Origin: Candidatus Pacebacteria bacterium CG2_30_36_39
GTDB taxonomy: Bacteria; Patescibacteriota; Microgenomatia; UBA1400; PJMF01
Reading direction: 5' to 3'
Length of the DNA: 64,000 bases
Assembly (NCBI GenBank): GCA_001873435.1
Contig: MNZB01000004.1
Coordinates: 78,030-142,029 of the forward strand
Notes under the pieces: generated by a model
What the model saw: only the letters and a program-made list of their open reading frames with translations
Database searches by the model: none
Told to the model about the DNA's origin: nothing
Program-made: the position numbers and the translations under genes
In this document: positions 9,937-19,321 of the stretch, in pieces
Layout: every line of letters starts with the position of its first letter
Numbering within the stretch: position 1 is the first letter of the stretch

Positions 9937-10653
9937 ATGACTCAGCCCACCAAACAACTTGTTTTGCTCCATGGCTGGACACCAGATAAACAAGTAATTG
10001 ACCGACTCAATCCGTTTAAAAAACAATTAACTGAAGCTGGCTTTGTGGTTCACCTTTGGAAAATTCCTGGTCTTACTACTGACATTGATCATAGCTATAC
10101 CATTGAAAAATATCTTGAGTGGTTAACTAAAGAAATTACTCCATTAAAAAATATTGTTTTAGTAGGCCATTCCTTTGGTGGCCAGCTCGCTACAGTTCTT
10201 GCTGCAAAAAAACCAGAATTAGTTTCCAAACTCATTCTCATTGATAGTTCTGGTATTCTTGATTTTATTCCAAGCAAAGTATTCAAACGCTGGCTATTTA
10301 AAATACTAGCCAAATTATTCTTTTTCCTTGCTTACGTACCTTTATTTAAAAGAGCAATTTATAAACTAATTAGAGAACGAGATTATATTGAAGCCAATCC
10401 TGCTCAACAAAAAACCATGCGCAACGTACTTAATTATTCTGTCTTACCTCTATTGAACAAAATTACTGTTCCTACTCTAATCATCTGGGGCAAAGATGAC
10501 CTAACCACTCCATTGCGAATAGGTAAGCTTTTTGCCAAGAAAATCCCTAATAACATTTTTAAAGTTTTGCCAGCCAGACATTCACCAGTTTATACTCACC
10601 CTGATTTAGTAGTTAAAGAAATCCTGTCCTTTCTAAAGAAAGAAAGCTTATGA
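9937..10653 (+). CDS. alpha/beta hydrolase
   Basis: 238 aa; nucleophile elbow VGHSFGG; overlaps next gene by 4 bp. Confidence 0.7.
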   Translation: MTQPTKQLVLLHGWTPDKQVIDRLNPFKKQLTEAGFVVHLWKIPGLTTDIDHSYTIEKYLEWLTKEITPLKNIVLVGHSFGGQLATVLAAKKPELVSKLILIDSSGILDFIPSKVFKRWLFKILAKLFFFLAYVPLFKRAIYKLIRERDYIEANPAQQKTMRNVLNYSVLPLLNKITVPTLIIWGKDDLTTPLRIGKLFAKKIPNNIFKVLPARHSPVYTHPDLVVKEILSFLKKESL

Positions 10654-12116
10654 GCTTTTTAACTATTTTATTCATCTTAATTACCTTACCTTTTACTCTT
10701 ATTAGACTTGTCCGCTGGTTGGCTTGGATTCAACAAAAAGAATATCGACTAGATAGGTTTTGGAACTTTCTATTATCTCCAGAGGGCATGGCAGAAGTAG
10801 TAAGATTAGCTCCTCAAAAAAATGACTTTACTAGAGTTGGTCTCAAACGACCAGCTATCACCATTCGCTCTACTACTGTTGGTTTTATTTCTCTAATCCT
10901 AATGGGCTATTTATTTTCTTTGGGCATTAGTTTTAAATCCTGGTGGTTGCCATTTTTAATCTATGCTCTAATCCCACTTTTACCAGCTATCAGTGGTTTA
11001 ATAACAGAGATAATTAAATCGTTAATTAGCCTAGTATTACTATTCTTTGCACAAAAAAAACTACAAAAAGATAAACCCAGAATCATTGGCATTACCGGTA
11101 GCTATGGAAAAACTGCAACCAGACATTTATGCAGTAACGTCATTAGCCAAAAATTTACTATCTACACCCCACCGAAATCTCATAACACTCCCCTTAGCAT
11201 TGCCTTAGATTTACTCAAACACTACCATGGAGAAGAAATTTTATTCTTAGAATTTGCAGCATACAAAAAGGGAGAAATTCAAAAGTTAGCTAGTTGGTTT
11301 CCACCAGAAATATCTTTAATCACTGGTCTAACACCGCAACATCTCGCTCTCTTTGGTAGTTTAGAAAAAATTATTGAGGCCAAAGGTGAGTTAGTAAAAA
11401 ATACTCAGCTAACAGGAGTCGTGCTTTGCAATGCCATGGATCCTGGTACAGAAAAAATCTGTAATCAAGATTCTAGTAAGAAAAAAATCAATTATTCACC
11501 AGAAAAAGTAGGTTTAAATAAAGAAAAACTTGATGAAAGAGGCAGATTGAGCGTGCAATGGCAAGATCAAGTTTTAAAAACTAATTTAATTGGCCTACAC
11601 CATACTGAAACCATTGCTGCAGCGATAGTGTTGGGGCAAACTCTAGAAATTCCTCCAGAAAAAATAGCACTAGGAATAACTTCATTTGTACCAGAAGAAG
11701 TATTTACTCAGTCATATTTCCATCCCACTAGCAAAGCTCTCATTATTAATGATGGTAAAACTACCAATCCCAAAGGCTTTCGCTCTGCTCTAAACCTACT
11801 TAATCACTTTAAAAAACAAGGTAAAAACACTATTTTAATTACTGGTGGCATTATTGATTTGGGAGATGAATCAGAAAGTATTCACTTAGATTTGGCTAGA
11901 GCAGCCAAACCAATTGTTGATTTTGTTTTTTACACCGGCTCTGATGGCAAAGCTGCTTTTAAAGAAGTTTTTGCCCAAAACATGGTTGACCAGTCAACCA
12001 TCTTTGCTAAATTACTGCCAAAATTCAACCAAGATGATGTAATTCTAATTGAGGGGTATGTACCATTAAATTTAGCTAAATTACTACAAAGAAATCAGGA
12101 TAAACAAAGTGATTAA
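10650..12116 (+). CDS. Mur ligase family protein, MurF-like central and C-terminal domains with about 140-aa N-terminal polytopic membrane domain
   Basis: P-loop GITGSYGKTATRHL; collinear with E. coli MurF (NTPLSIALDLL, HLALFGSLEKIIEAKGEL, CNAMDPG, NDGKTTNP, ITGGIIDLGDESE); N-terminal 140 aa are hydrophobic helices in place of the usual MurF N-terminal domain. Confidence 0.7.
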   Translation: MSFLTILFILITLPFTLIRLVRWLAWIQQKEYRLDRFWNFLLSPEGMAEVVRLAPQKNDFTRVGLKRPAITIRSTTVGFISLILMGYLFSLGISFKSWWLPFLIYALIPLLPAISGLITEIIKSLISLVLLFFAQKKLQKDKPRIIGITGSYGKTATRHLCSNVISQKFTIYTPPKSHNTPLSIALDLLKHYHGEEILFLEFAAYKKGEIQKLASWFPPEISLITGLTPQHLALFGSLEKIIEAKGELVKNTQLTGVVLCNAMDPGTEKICNQDSSKKKINYSPEKVGLNKEKLDERGRLSVQWQDQVLKTNLIGLHHTETIAAAIVLGQTLEIPPEKIALGITSFVPEEVFTQSYFHPTSKALIINDGKTTNPKGFRSALNLLNHFKKQGKNTILITGGIIDLGDESESIHLDLARAAKPIVDFVFYTGSDGKAAFKEVFAQNMVDQSTIFAKLLPKFNQDDVILIEGYVPLNLAKLLQRNQDKQSD

Positions 12117-13329
12117 CGCTAGTTTGGGAGCCCATTATTCCAATAGTTTCGTGTGGCTTAGCTTTAATTTATGGCTAAAAAATATTTTGCATTTACCTAT
12201 TAAAGATTCAAGAAAAGATTTAAGCAATCAATTACAAGAAATGTTTTCTGGCCAAACAATCCTAACCTACAAAGGCAGAGATGCTATTGAACTAGCTTTG
12301 CAAGGTTACAACATTAATAAGGCAACAGACGCTGTTCTCACCCAAGCCTTTACTTGCTCAGCCATTGAAGAAGGTATTAGAAGAGCTGGAGCTACAACAG
12401 TTTATGTTGACATTGGCAAAGGACAACTTAATTTATCAGTTGAGACTTTAGCTGAGAGTTATAAAAATCTTTCAAAAAAAATAAGTCCCAAAGCAGTTTT
12501 AGTTCAACATAGTTTGGGTCATCCAGCGGAAATAGATAAAATTGCTCAATGGTGTAAAGAAAAAAATCTTTTGCTCATCGAAGATCTTGCTCAGGCTTTT
12601 GGTGGCAAAAACAATGATCAATTTTTGGGTGCCAAAGCAGATGTGGTTATTCTGTCCTTTGGTAGAGATAAAGTTATTGATGCTGTTGGTGGTGGAGCCG
12701 TTGTTTTTAAGAAAAAACCAATAAAAACAGATTTTTCTTTAACAGAACCAGAACAAAAAATTATCAATAAAGACCTACTTTACCCTCTATTCACCTGGTT
12801 CATTAGACTTACTTTTCCAATTTTAATTGGTAGGTTATTACACTTATTTTTAAAGAAGATTAATTGGCTTAGTTCCCCTGTTTTTGCTCAAACAAAACAA
12901 GCCCATCAAATGCCAAAGGCTTTTGCTCCACTGGTGGTTGAGCAATTAAAAAACTATCAGCAAACCTTAGAGCATCGTCGTTCAATTGCTAGTTATTACT
13001 TAACTGCTTTTACTAAGGAAAATATTCCCTGTCTTACTAAGAATTCTAATTTAGAAAATGGTTCTTTGCTTAGAATAGCTTTGAAAATGAAAAATCCATT
13101 ATTTTTAATTGACAACTGGAAAAAAGAAGGCATTCATCTCTCCGACCGTTGGTATCGACAAGCAGTTGATTGCGGTAGTAAAGAATGTAATACCAACTAT
13201 ATAGTTGGATCATGTCCTAATGCTGAATATATGAGCCAACATATTATTAATTTGCCTACTCATCAAAAGATTTCGCTTAAAGATGCAATTAAAATAGTCA
13301 GAGTATTAAAAAAACAGTATAGTAGTTAA
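12109..13329 (+). CDS. DegT/DnrJ/EryC1/StrS family PLP-dependent aminotransferase
   Basis: 406 aa; family-typical layout including SFGRDKVIDAVGGGAV (PLP lysine region); overlaps upstream gene by 8 bp. Confidence 0.75.
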   Translation: MINASLGAHYSNSFVWLSFNLWLKNILHLPIKDSRKDLSNQLQEMFSGQTILTYKGRDAIELALQGYNINKATDAVLTQAFTCSAIEEGIRRAGATTVYVDIGKGQLNLSVETLAESYKNLSKKISPKAVLVQHSLGHPAEIDKIAQWCKEKNLLLIEDLAQAFGGKNNDQFLGAKADVVILSFGRDKVIDAVGGGAVVFKKKPIKTDFSLTEPEQKIINKDLLYPLFTWFIRLTFPILIGRLLHLFLKKINWLSSPVFAQTKQAHQMPKAFAPLVVEQLKNYQQTLEHRRSIASYYLTAFTKENIPCLTKNSNLENGSLLRIALKMKNPLFLIDNWKKEGIHLSDRWYRQAVDCGSKECNTNYIVGSCPNAEYMSQHIINLPTHQKISLKDAIKIVRVLKKQYSS

Positions 13330-13332
13330 ATT

Positions 13333-14364
13333 ATGAATCTTAGTTTTCAATCAATCGTTGATGAACAAACCTGGAAACAGGCTTTGGCAGATTTTCCAGA
13401 AGCCAATTTTCTTCAATCATGGGAATGGGGTGTTTTTCAAGAAAAACTTAATAAAAAAATTTGGCGCTATGGCTGTTATGAACAGAAGCAACAAACTACT
13501 GTGGGTATCTTTCAAATAGTTAAAGAAACTGCAAAAAGAGGAAATTATCTAACTATTGCTGGTGGTCCATTATTGGATTGGGATAAAAACCAACAACAAC
13601 AATTAGCTGATATCTTTGCCTTTATAAAGAAATTAGCCAAAGAAGAAGATTGTTCTTTTGTTAGATTTAGACCACAAGCCATAGAGACACCACAATTAAA
13701 ATCTAGGTTGAGTCACTTGAATATTAGACCAGCTCCTATGCATTTAACTGCAGATTTAACTTTACAACTGGATCTCACCAAAGACTTGGATACGTTATTA
13801 AAAGAAATGCGAAAAAATACTCGCTATGAAATTAAACAGAGTGAAAAAAAAGGTATTGTTGTTAAACAAACCAAAGACACTCAGGCTATTACTGAGTTTT
13901 ATGAGCAACAGGTTGAGCTAGCAAAAAAACATCATTTTGTGCCTTTTGGCTATGATTTTTTGATTAAACAATTTCAAGTGTTTGCTGATAAAAACCAGGC
14001 TATTTTGTTTTCTAGTTATCTTAATGAAAAACTCTTGGCCTCTGCCTTTATTATCTTCAATCATCAAGAAGCTGTTTATCATTATGGTATTTCTACTCCA
14101 GAAAACGATCACTTGCCTGGTTCATATGCTTGCCAATGGGCAGCAATTCAAGAAGCTAAGCTCAGAGATTGCAAAAGATATAATTTTTGGGGCATAGCAC
14201 CAAAGGATGAGACTAATCATCGTTTTGCTGGTGTCTCACTTTTTAAACGAGGTTTTGGCGGTGAAGAAATTGCCTATTTACCAGCACAGGACCTGCCAGT
14301 TTCTTGGACTTATTGGTTTACTTATGTTTTTGAGGTTCTTAGAAAAAAATTCCGTAAGCTCTAG
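13333..14364 (+). CDS. FemAB-family aminoacyl-tRNA-dependent peptidyltransferase (peptidoglycan branch/bridge formation)
   Basis: 343 aa; N-terminal FLQSWEWG motif and overall FemX/FemAB length and layout. Confidence 0.7.
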   Translation: MNLSFQSIVDEQTWKQALADFPEANFLQSWEWGVFQEKLNKKIWRYGCYEQKQQTTVGIFQIVKETAKRGNYLTIAGGPLLDWDKNQQQQLADIFAFIKKLAKEEDCSFVRFRPQAIETPQLKSRLSHLNIRPAPMHLTADLTLQLDLTKDLDTLLKEMRKNTRYEIKQSEKKGIVVKQTKDTQAITEFYEQQVELAKKHHFVPFGYDFLIKQFQVFADKNQAILFSSYLNEKLLASAFIIFNHQEAVYHYGISTPENDHLPGSYACQWAAIQEAKLRDCKRYNFWGIAPKDETNHRFAGVSLFKRGFGGEEIAYLPAQDLPVSWTYWFTYVFEVLRKKFRKL

Positions 14365-15434
14365 TTTTTTAATAGTTCTGAATAATAGTTTAAATAGACG
14401 TTGCTAATGTTTTCCCAAGTTTGGGTTTTGGCAAATAATAAAGATTTGCTAATGTTGGTTTGTAGTTGTTTGGGATTATTTTCTAAAAATTGAATTTTTT
14501 TTGTTACTTCCAAATCATTTTTTACCAATGAAATTAAATGTCCAAGTGGCGACATTAAAAAATAGTCTTTTTTTAATGAATTGCCATAAACAGCAATTAC
14601 TGCACATTGATAAGCAAAAGCTTCCAAAATTGATAAATAGCCACCGGCAAATACTATTTTAGCTTTTTTTAATAAATGTTCTGGATTGCTAAATCCAACT
14701 ACTTCACCAACTTGTTCAGCTTGTTCTCGCAAAACTCCATCACCACAAAAAACTACTTTACCATCCCAAGTGTTGTTCTTTAATGCTTGCAATAACATCG
14801 GTAGGCCAGTATCAAATTCAAGTCTACCAACATAAAGGAGTAAATCAGTTTTTTTGGGTAATACCTTTGGAATATGAACACCTCCATAGAGAATTTTGTC
14901 TGCTTTAAAATGATAGTATTTTTCCAAATAACTACCTATGGCAATGGTTTTATTTGCCAATCTCACACCCAACTGTCTCCATAAGATATTTTTTTGAGGT
15001 AAAGGAAATTTTCCTTCCCAACCATGGAAAGTAACAACTACTGGCTTGCGCCAAAACATTAGTTTGAATGGCAGATACCAAATGAAAACATCGTGAACGT
15101 GAATTATGTCAGCTGTTTTAATTAACTTGAAATAGTTATGGAGGATTTGCCACCAAATTAATAGCAATCCTAAATATTTAATTTTGGGATATGAAAAGCG
15201 GAAAACTTGAATTTTTTTATCTGCTACTAAAGCTATTTTTTTTGCTTGTGGTTTTTGTTCGGTTAGTATTGAAACTTGCCAACCAGCTTTTTTGATTAGG
15301 TTGGAAGTTTCCCAAACATGACGTTCTACTCCACCGATTTGTGGGTAAAAGGAAGGCGTGATTACTAATAGTTTTTTCATAAATAATTTGAGGTAATTTT
15401 CAGATTGCTTATCGGTATAATAACCTAGATGCAA
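14361..15434 (-). CDS. glycosyltransferase family 4-like (GT-B)
   Basis: 357 aa; N-terminal GGVERHV, C-terminal GT1/GT4-like region (EAFAYQCAVIA). Confidence 0.65.
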   Translation of the reverse strand: MHLGYYTDKQSENYLKLFMKKLLVITPSFYPQIGGVERHVWETSNLIKKAGWQVSILTEQKPQAKKIALVADKKIQVFRFSYPKIKYLGLLLIWWQILHNYFKLIKTADIIHVHDVFIWYLPFKLMFWRKPVVVTFHGWEGKFPLPQKNILWRQLGVRLANKTIAIGSYLEKYYHFKADKILYGGVHIPKVLPKKTDLLLYVGRLEFDTGLPMLLQALKNNTWDGKVVFCGDGVLREQAEQVGEVVGFSNPEHLLKKAKIVFAGGYLSILEAFAYQCAVIAVYGNSLKKDYFLMSPLGHLISLVKNDLEVTKKIQFLENNPKQLQTNISKSLLFAKTQTWENISNVYLNYYSELLKN

Positions 15435-16385
15435 GTAAGTGTGGTTATCACTATTTTAAATGAAGAAGCAAATCTTAATTTATTGTTATCCGCTCTCAAG
15501 CAACAAACTTTCCGTCCTACAGAAATAATTATCGTCGATGGTGGTTCAAGTGACAAGAGTTTGGAAATATTAGCTTCTTGGCAACAACATAATTTTTTCA
15601 AAAAAATCCTAAAGGTTATAACGAAAGAAGGCAATCGTAGTGTTGGAAGAAACATCGCCATTAAACAAGCTAAGTCAGACTGGATTGCTATTACTGATGC
15701 TGGTTGTATTCCAGATAAAAATTGGCTTAAGGAATTGGTTGTTAATCAGGAGAAAAATAAGAGTGAGGTGGTAGCTGGATACTATTATGGAGAAGCAAAT
15801 TCTTCTTTTGAGGCTGCTGTGATTCCCTATGTTTTGGTGATGCCAGATAGGGTTAATTCCAATGATTTTTTGCCGGCTACTCGTTCGATGCTAATAAAGA
15901 AAAGTGTTTGGACTGAGATTGGTGGTTTTGACGAGAGCTTGGCTCATAATGAAGATTATGTTTTTGCCCATAAGTTAAAGGAGTGTGTTGTAAAGATGAG
16001 TTTTGCAAAAAAGGCGTTTGTTGCTTGGATGCCAAGAAAAAATCTTGGGTCTTTTATGAAAATGATCTTTCGCTTTGCTTATGGTGATTTGGAGGCAAAT
16101 ATTCTTAGACCCAAGGTTGTTTTGGTATTAGTTAGATATTTAGTTTTAGTTTTTTATTTGTTGATGTTATTAGCTTTATTTTCTTTTGGCAGTATTTATT
16201 TATTTATTTTTAAAACTGCTTTATTTATTTTAGCCATAAATATATTTATATATTTTTCTTGGTCTATTCAAAAAAATGTTAAATATGTAAAAAGAGGCTG
16301 GTGGTGGTTGCCTATTTTACAGTTGACTGCTGATGTTGCAGTTATCACTGGAACTTTGTCAGGGATGATGAAGAGATCTGAATAA
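15429..16385 (+). CDS. glycosyltransferase family 2 with C-terminal TM segments
   Basis: VSVVITILNEEANL...IIVDGGSSDKS and DAGC motifs typical of GT2; hydrophobic C-terminus. Confidence 0.7.
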   Translation: MQVSVVITILNEEANLNLLLSALKQQTFRPTEIIIVDGGSSDKSLEILASWQQHNFFKKILKVITKEGNRSVGRNIAIKQAKSDWIAITDAGCIPDKNWLKELVVNQEKNKSEVVAGYYYGEANSSFEAAVIPYVLVMPDRVNSNDFLPATRSMLIKKSVWTEIGGFDESLAHNEDYVFAHKLKECVVKMSFAKKAFVAWMPRKNLGSFMKMIFRFAYGDLEANILRPKVVLVLVRYLVLVFYLLMLLALFSFGSIYLFIFKTALFILAINIFIYFSWSIQKNVKYVKRGWWWLPILQLTADVAVITGTLSGMMKRSE

Positions 16386-16968
16386 AATCTTTTACATGTA
16401 AGAAGTCTATTTTTGCGTTTGCAGCAGCCAAGCGATCGTTGTTGCTATCGCCTATTAATAGATATTCTTTAAGATCAGAGTTTGGTGTGTATATTTGTTC
16501 GAATCCTGCCGGGCTTGGTTTTGGTGAGGATACGATGTCGCGAGAGATTATTTTGCTGAAAATGGTTATTAATTTTAATTCTTCTAGGATTGGCTGGATT
16601 GTTTGCCTATCGTTACTTGTCCATAGGTAATAGATGTGTTTGTTTTTTTGTTGCTGTAAAAAATTGATTACTGGGAGGATCGGTTGATGGTTTTTAAAAT
16701 TATTTTTTTCATATTCACGAGATAGTTCAATAAATTTTTGGTTGGCTATATTGCCGTATTTGTTTATCAGGTCTACCTGCATTTGGTAAGAGACCTGTTC
16801 TGAGTGGTAGACACTGGTTGGTTCTAGTTCATGGGCAATTTTAAGATAGCCTTTGCGAATGTCTTTCCAATTTATAATAAGGTCGTCGATGGTGCCATCA
16901 AAATCAAAGATTAAATATTTTTTAAGGTTTAAGTTCATATTAGATGACTGTGGTATTGATACTGTCAC
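16345..16968 (-). CDS. HAD superfamily hydrolase
   Basis: motif I LIFDFDGTIDD near N-terminus; motif IV GDSNNDRLAA. Confidence 0.6.
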   Translation of the reverse strand: MTVSIPQSSNMNLNLKKYLIFDFDGTIDDLIINWKDIRKGYLKIAHELEPTSVYHSEQVSYQMQVDLINKYGNIANQKFIELSREYEKNNFKNHQPILPVINFLQQQKNKHIYYLWTSNDRQTIQPILEELKLITIFSKIISRDIVSSPKPSPAGFEQIYTPNSDLKEYLLIGDSNNDRLAAANAKIDFLHVKDFIQISSSSLTKFQ

Positions 16969-18148
16969 TGGCTCCGTGGATGAAGAGAGTATTTTCTCTG
17001 GCAGTGACTTTCATGTTTAATAACTCTCCATTTTCATATTCAAAGTATGGAGTGAATCTTATGTTGCCGTTCATAGTTTTTTCTTCAGAAAAGTTGTCAG
17101 CGGCATATGAGAGTTTTGTTTTTTCGTTCTTATAAAATGGTTGAATTACCCAGTCTTCTTTTTTCTGAAGAATGTCTTGAAATAGTTCTGTGATTTGTTG
17201 TTTTGAGAGTTTATTGAGGAAGACGACGCTTCTAGACCAAGAGGCATCTGGGTGTCCACCAGCTCTTTTGACTACATAGTTTCTTTGGTTTCTGGATAAC
17301 AGCGAGAGTTCTGACCAAGATTTGATGGGCAATGGAAAGGATTGTGGGATTTCGTTGGTTACCATCCAGGTTGGGAGTAAGTAGTTATCTAAAATTTCTT
17401 GGTTTGATAAGGAGATTTTTCTTTTTATTTCTTGATTTTCAAAATAGTCGACTAGGATATATTTTCCTTCAAAATATTTGTTTATCTCCGGCAAAAGAAT
17501 TGGTTTTTTGTTGATGAAATTAATGATTTCTTGATTGGTTTCTTGTTCATAGACATAGAAGGCTCTATAGAATGGTTTGTTAAGGTCTTCATTGGTAATT
17601 TCATTAGCTGATTTGACGGAGAAGTTTCCTCCTTCATCATTTAGTATTTTGCAAAAATATTGGAGCTGGCCAAAGAATTTTTTTGTGTGGTTTGAATAGA
17701 CGAAGGTGCCACTGGTTGAGTTGGTTTTTGTTTGCCAATAGTTAATGAATTTAGATAGAACTTGTTGTTGGCTTTGGCCAAATGTCTGAAACCAAGTTGA
17801 GAATGAGTTTTGTAGGAAGATGCTTAGTGGAAAACCAAATGATTGAGTTTCTACTTCACAGATTTTGAAGCCAGCTGTTGTTAATAATATGTCTGGTCTA
17901 ATAAAGAATGGATCAAAGTTTCCTTGTAATGATGAAACTGCTTTGAATAGTTCTTTTAGTGCTGGACCTAGTTTTTTGATTTCTTGTTTTTGTTCTGTGG
18001 TTAATTCATATGGATTGCCACTGACTAGGAATGGGAGGTTTTTTGTGGTTGGAATTTTTTCTTTGTCGTTGTCAAAGACAGGATAAAAATTGCTGCCTAG
18101 GGCCAAACTATTAATTTCCTGGGCTCTTTCTAAAAAGGTTTGTTTCAC
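16940..18148 (-). CDS. hypothetical protein, possibly ATP-grasp-like
   Basis: 402 aa; weak ATP-grasp-like segments (YVVKRAGGHPDASW; C-terminal NGNIRFTPYF...GELLNM); overlaps HAD gene by 29 bp. Confidence 0.35.
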   Translation of the reverse strand: MKQTFLERAQEINSLALGSNFYPVFDNDKEKIPTTKNLPFLVSGNPYELTTEQKQEIKKLGPALKELFKAVSSLQGNFDPFFIRPDILLTTAGFKICEVETQSFGFPLSIFLQNSFSTWFQTFGQSQQQVLSKFINYWQTKTNSTSGTFVYSNHTKKFFGQLQYFCKILNDEGGNFSVKSANEITNEDLNKPFYRAFYVYEQETNQEIINFINKKPILLPEINKYFEGKYILVDYFENQEIKRKISLSNQEILDNYLLPTWMVTNEIPQSFPLPIKSWSELSLLSRNQRNYVVKRAGGHPDASWSRSVVFLNKLSKQQITELFQDILQKKEDWVIQPFYKNEKTKLSYAADNFSEEKTMNGNIRFTPYFEYENGELLNMKVTARENTLFIHGASDSINTTVI

Positions 18149-18157
18149 AAGAGTATT

Positions 18158-18700
18158 TTAACCCCTATCTTTTGTTTTTCCTGTTTCAATGTCATAGCAA
18201 CGAGGGATTATGCCGATGGGAAAGTTGTATTTTTCAACTACTGAACAATAGATGACGCCTACGCCATTATGGACTAGTTCCCATTTGCCGTCTGTTTTGG
18301 CTGCAAAGTAGATACCTCCTTTTTCAGATTCTCCTACGTTTACATAGCCCGTCATGAATTCTGGAGTACTTTCTCCTTCTGCGGTGATTTGGACTTCTTC
18401 TTCATCCATAGAGAAGCTTTCAGCGAGTTTTTTTTTAACGTCTTTTAGGTCTTGGTCTGTTAGTCCAGCTCTTCTGGCTTGTTCTGTTAGTCCTGGTTCA
18501 AAGACGTCTTTGGTTTCTGGGACTCCTAGTTGGGTTTCTGCTTTTTCTTTGGTTATATTGTCATATAGTCTGGAGTTGTCTATTTTGCTGTTGCCGAAAA
18601 GGTCTGTCTTAGGAACGTCTTTGTCTGGTGCTGGTGGTTGGCAAGCAGATAGGAGATATGCCGAGGAGATGAGGAATGTTAGGACAAATATTTTTTTCAT
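18158..18700 (-). CDS. lipoprotein
   Basis: start set at MKKIFVLTFLISSAYLLSAC (lipobox LLSAC); the longer six-frame ORF upstream would overlap the tRNA gene. Confidence 0.6.
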   Translation of the reverse strand: MKKIFVLTFLISSAYLLSACQPPAPDKDVPKTDLFGNSKIDNSRLYDNITKEKAETQLGVPETKDVFEPGLTEQARRAGLTDQDLKDVKKKLAESFSMDEEEVQITAEGESTPEFMTGYVNVGESEKGGIYFAAKTDGKWELVHNGVGVIYCSVVEKYNFPIGIIPRCYDIETGKTKDRG

Positions 18701-18789
18701 AACGTGGTGTTTAGTGTAGCGAGTTAACCTTAAACTCTCAAGCTGAGATATGGAATAATTGCTGATATAATCCAGGTTTGTATTGTATT

Positions 18790-18874
18790 GGAGGCGTCGC
18801 ATAGTGGCCAATTGCACAGGTTTGCTAAATCTGACCGGTTCTCCGGTTCGTGGGTTCGAATCCCACCGCCTCCG
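18790..18874 (+). tRNA. tRNA-Ser (anticodon GCU)
   Basis: manual fold: acceptor GGAGGCG/CGCCTCC, 3-bp D-stem, anticodon loop TTGCTAA, long variable arm, TTCGAAT T-loop, discriminator G; CCA not encoded. Confidence 0.85.
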
Positions 18875-18962
18875 CACACACCATATTTTCTTTTTTCTAT
18901 TTCTAGACTAATCAATACATTGCTACTATTAAACTACTTCAATTAGTTGTAGTATGTGAAGT

Positions 18963-19133
18963 ATGTCAAATACACAGAAAAAGAGACTTACCCTGTTTCT
19001 TAATCCGGCACTGATTAAACATGCAAGGGCTCAGGCTGTAATTGAAGATTTAACTGTTACCCAACTAATAGAAAATGCTCTAATTAAATATTTACCAAAA
19101 GAAACAATCATTAAAAAGATTAAATTAGACTAG
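18963..19133 (+). CDS. ribbon-helix-helix (CopG/antitoxin-like) small DNA-binding protein, 56 aa
   Basis: not in ORF track (under 60 aa); translated manually: MSNTQKKRLTLFLNPALIKHARAQAVIEDLTVTQLIENALIKYLPKETIIKKIKLD; beta-strand KRLTLFL followed by two helices fits an RHH fold. Confidence 0.5.
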   Translation: MSNTQKKRLTLFLNPALIKHARAQAVIEDLTVTQLIENALIKYLPKETIIKKIKLD

Positions 19134-19321
19134 GTTCATTACAAAGCTGGCAACTTATTAAGGCAATAATCAATAAAGATACAAAAATAATAGAAACTCA
19201 AATTATAGAAAAACAAATACAAGACAGTATCATTGTTGACAATTTAGTTTCAAAATCAAATCGAATCTTAGTAAGCATTTCTTCACACGCCTTTCCAGTC
19301 GATTTCTTTCCAAATACACTC

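Noticed and set aside
12542-14407. Short ORFs (60-71 aa) inside the DegT and FemAB genes and at the FemAB/GT4 junction
   Set aside because: Out-of-frame overlaps with well-supported genes; hydrophobic low-complexity translations typical of AT-rich off-frame reads.
18701-18877. N-terminal 59-aa extension of the lipoprotein ORF as given in the six-frame track
   Set aside because: Would overlap the tRNA-Ser gene on the opposite strand; an internal Met gives a textbook lipoprotein signal peptide (MKKIFVLTFLISSAYLLSAC).
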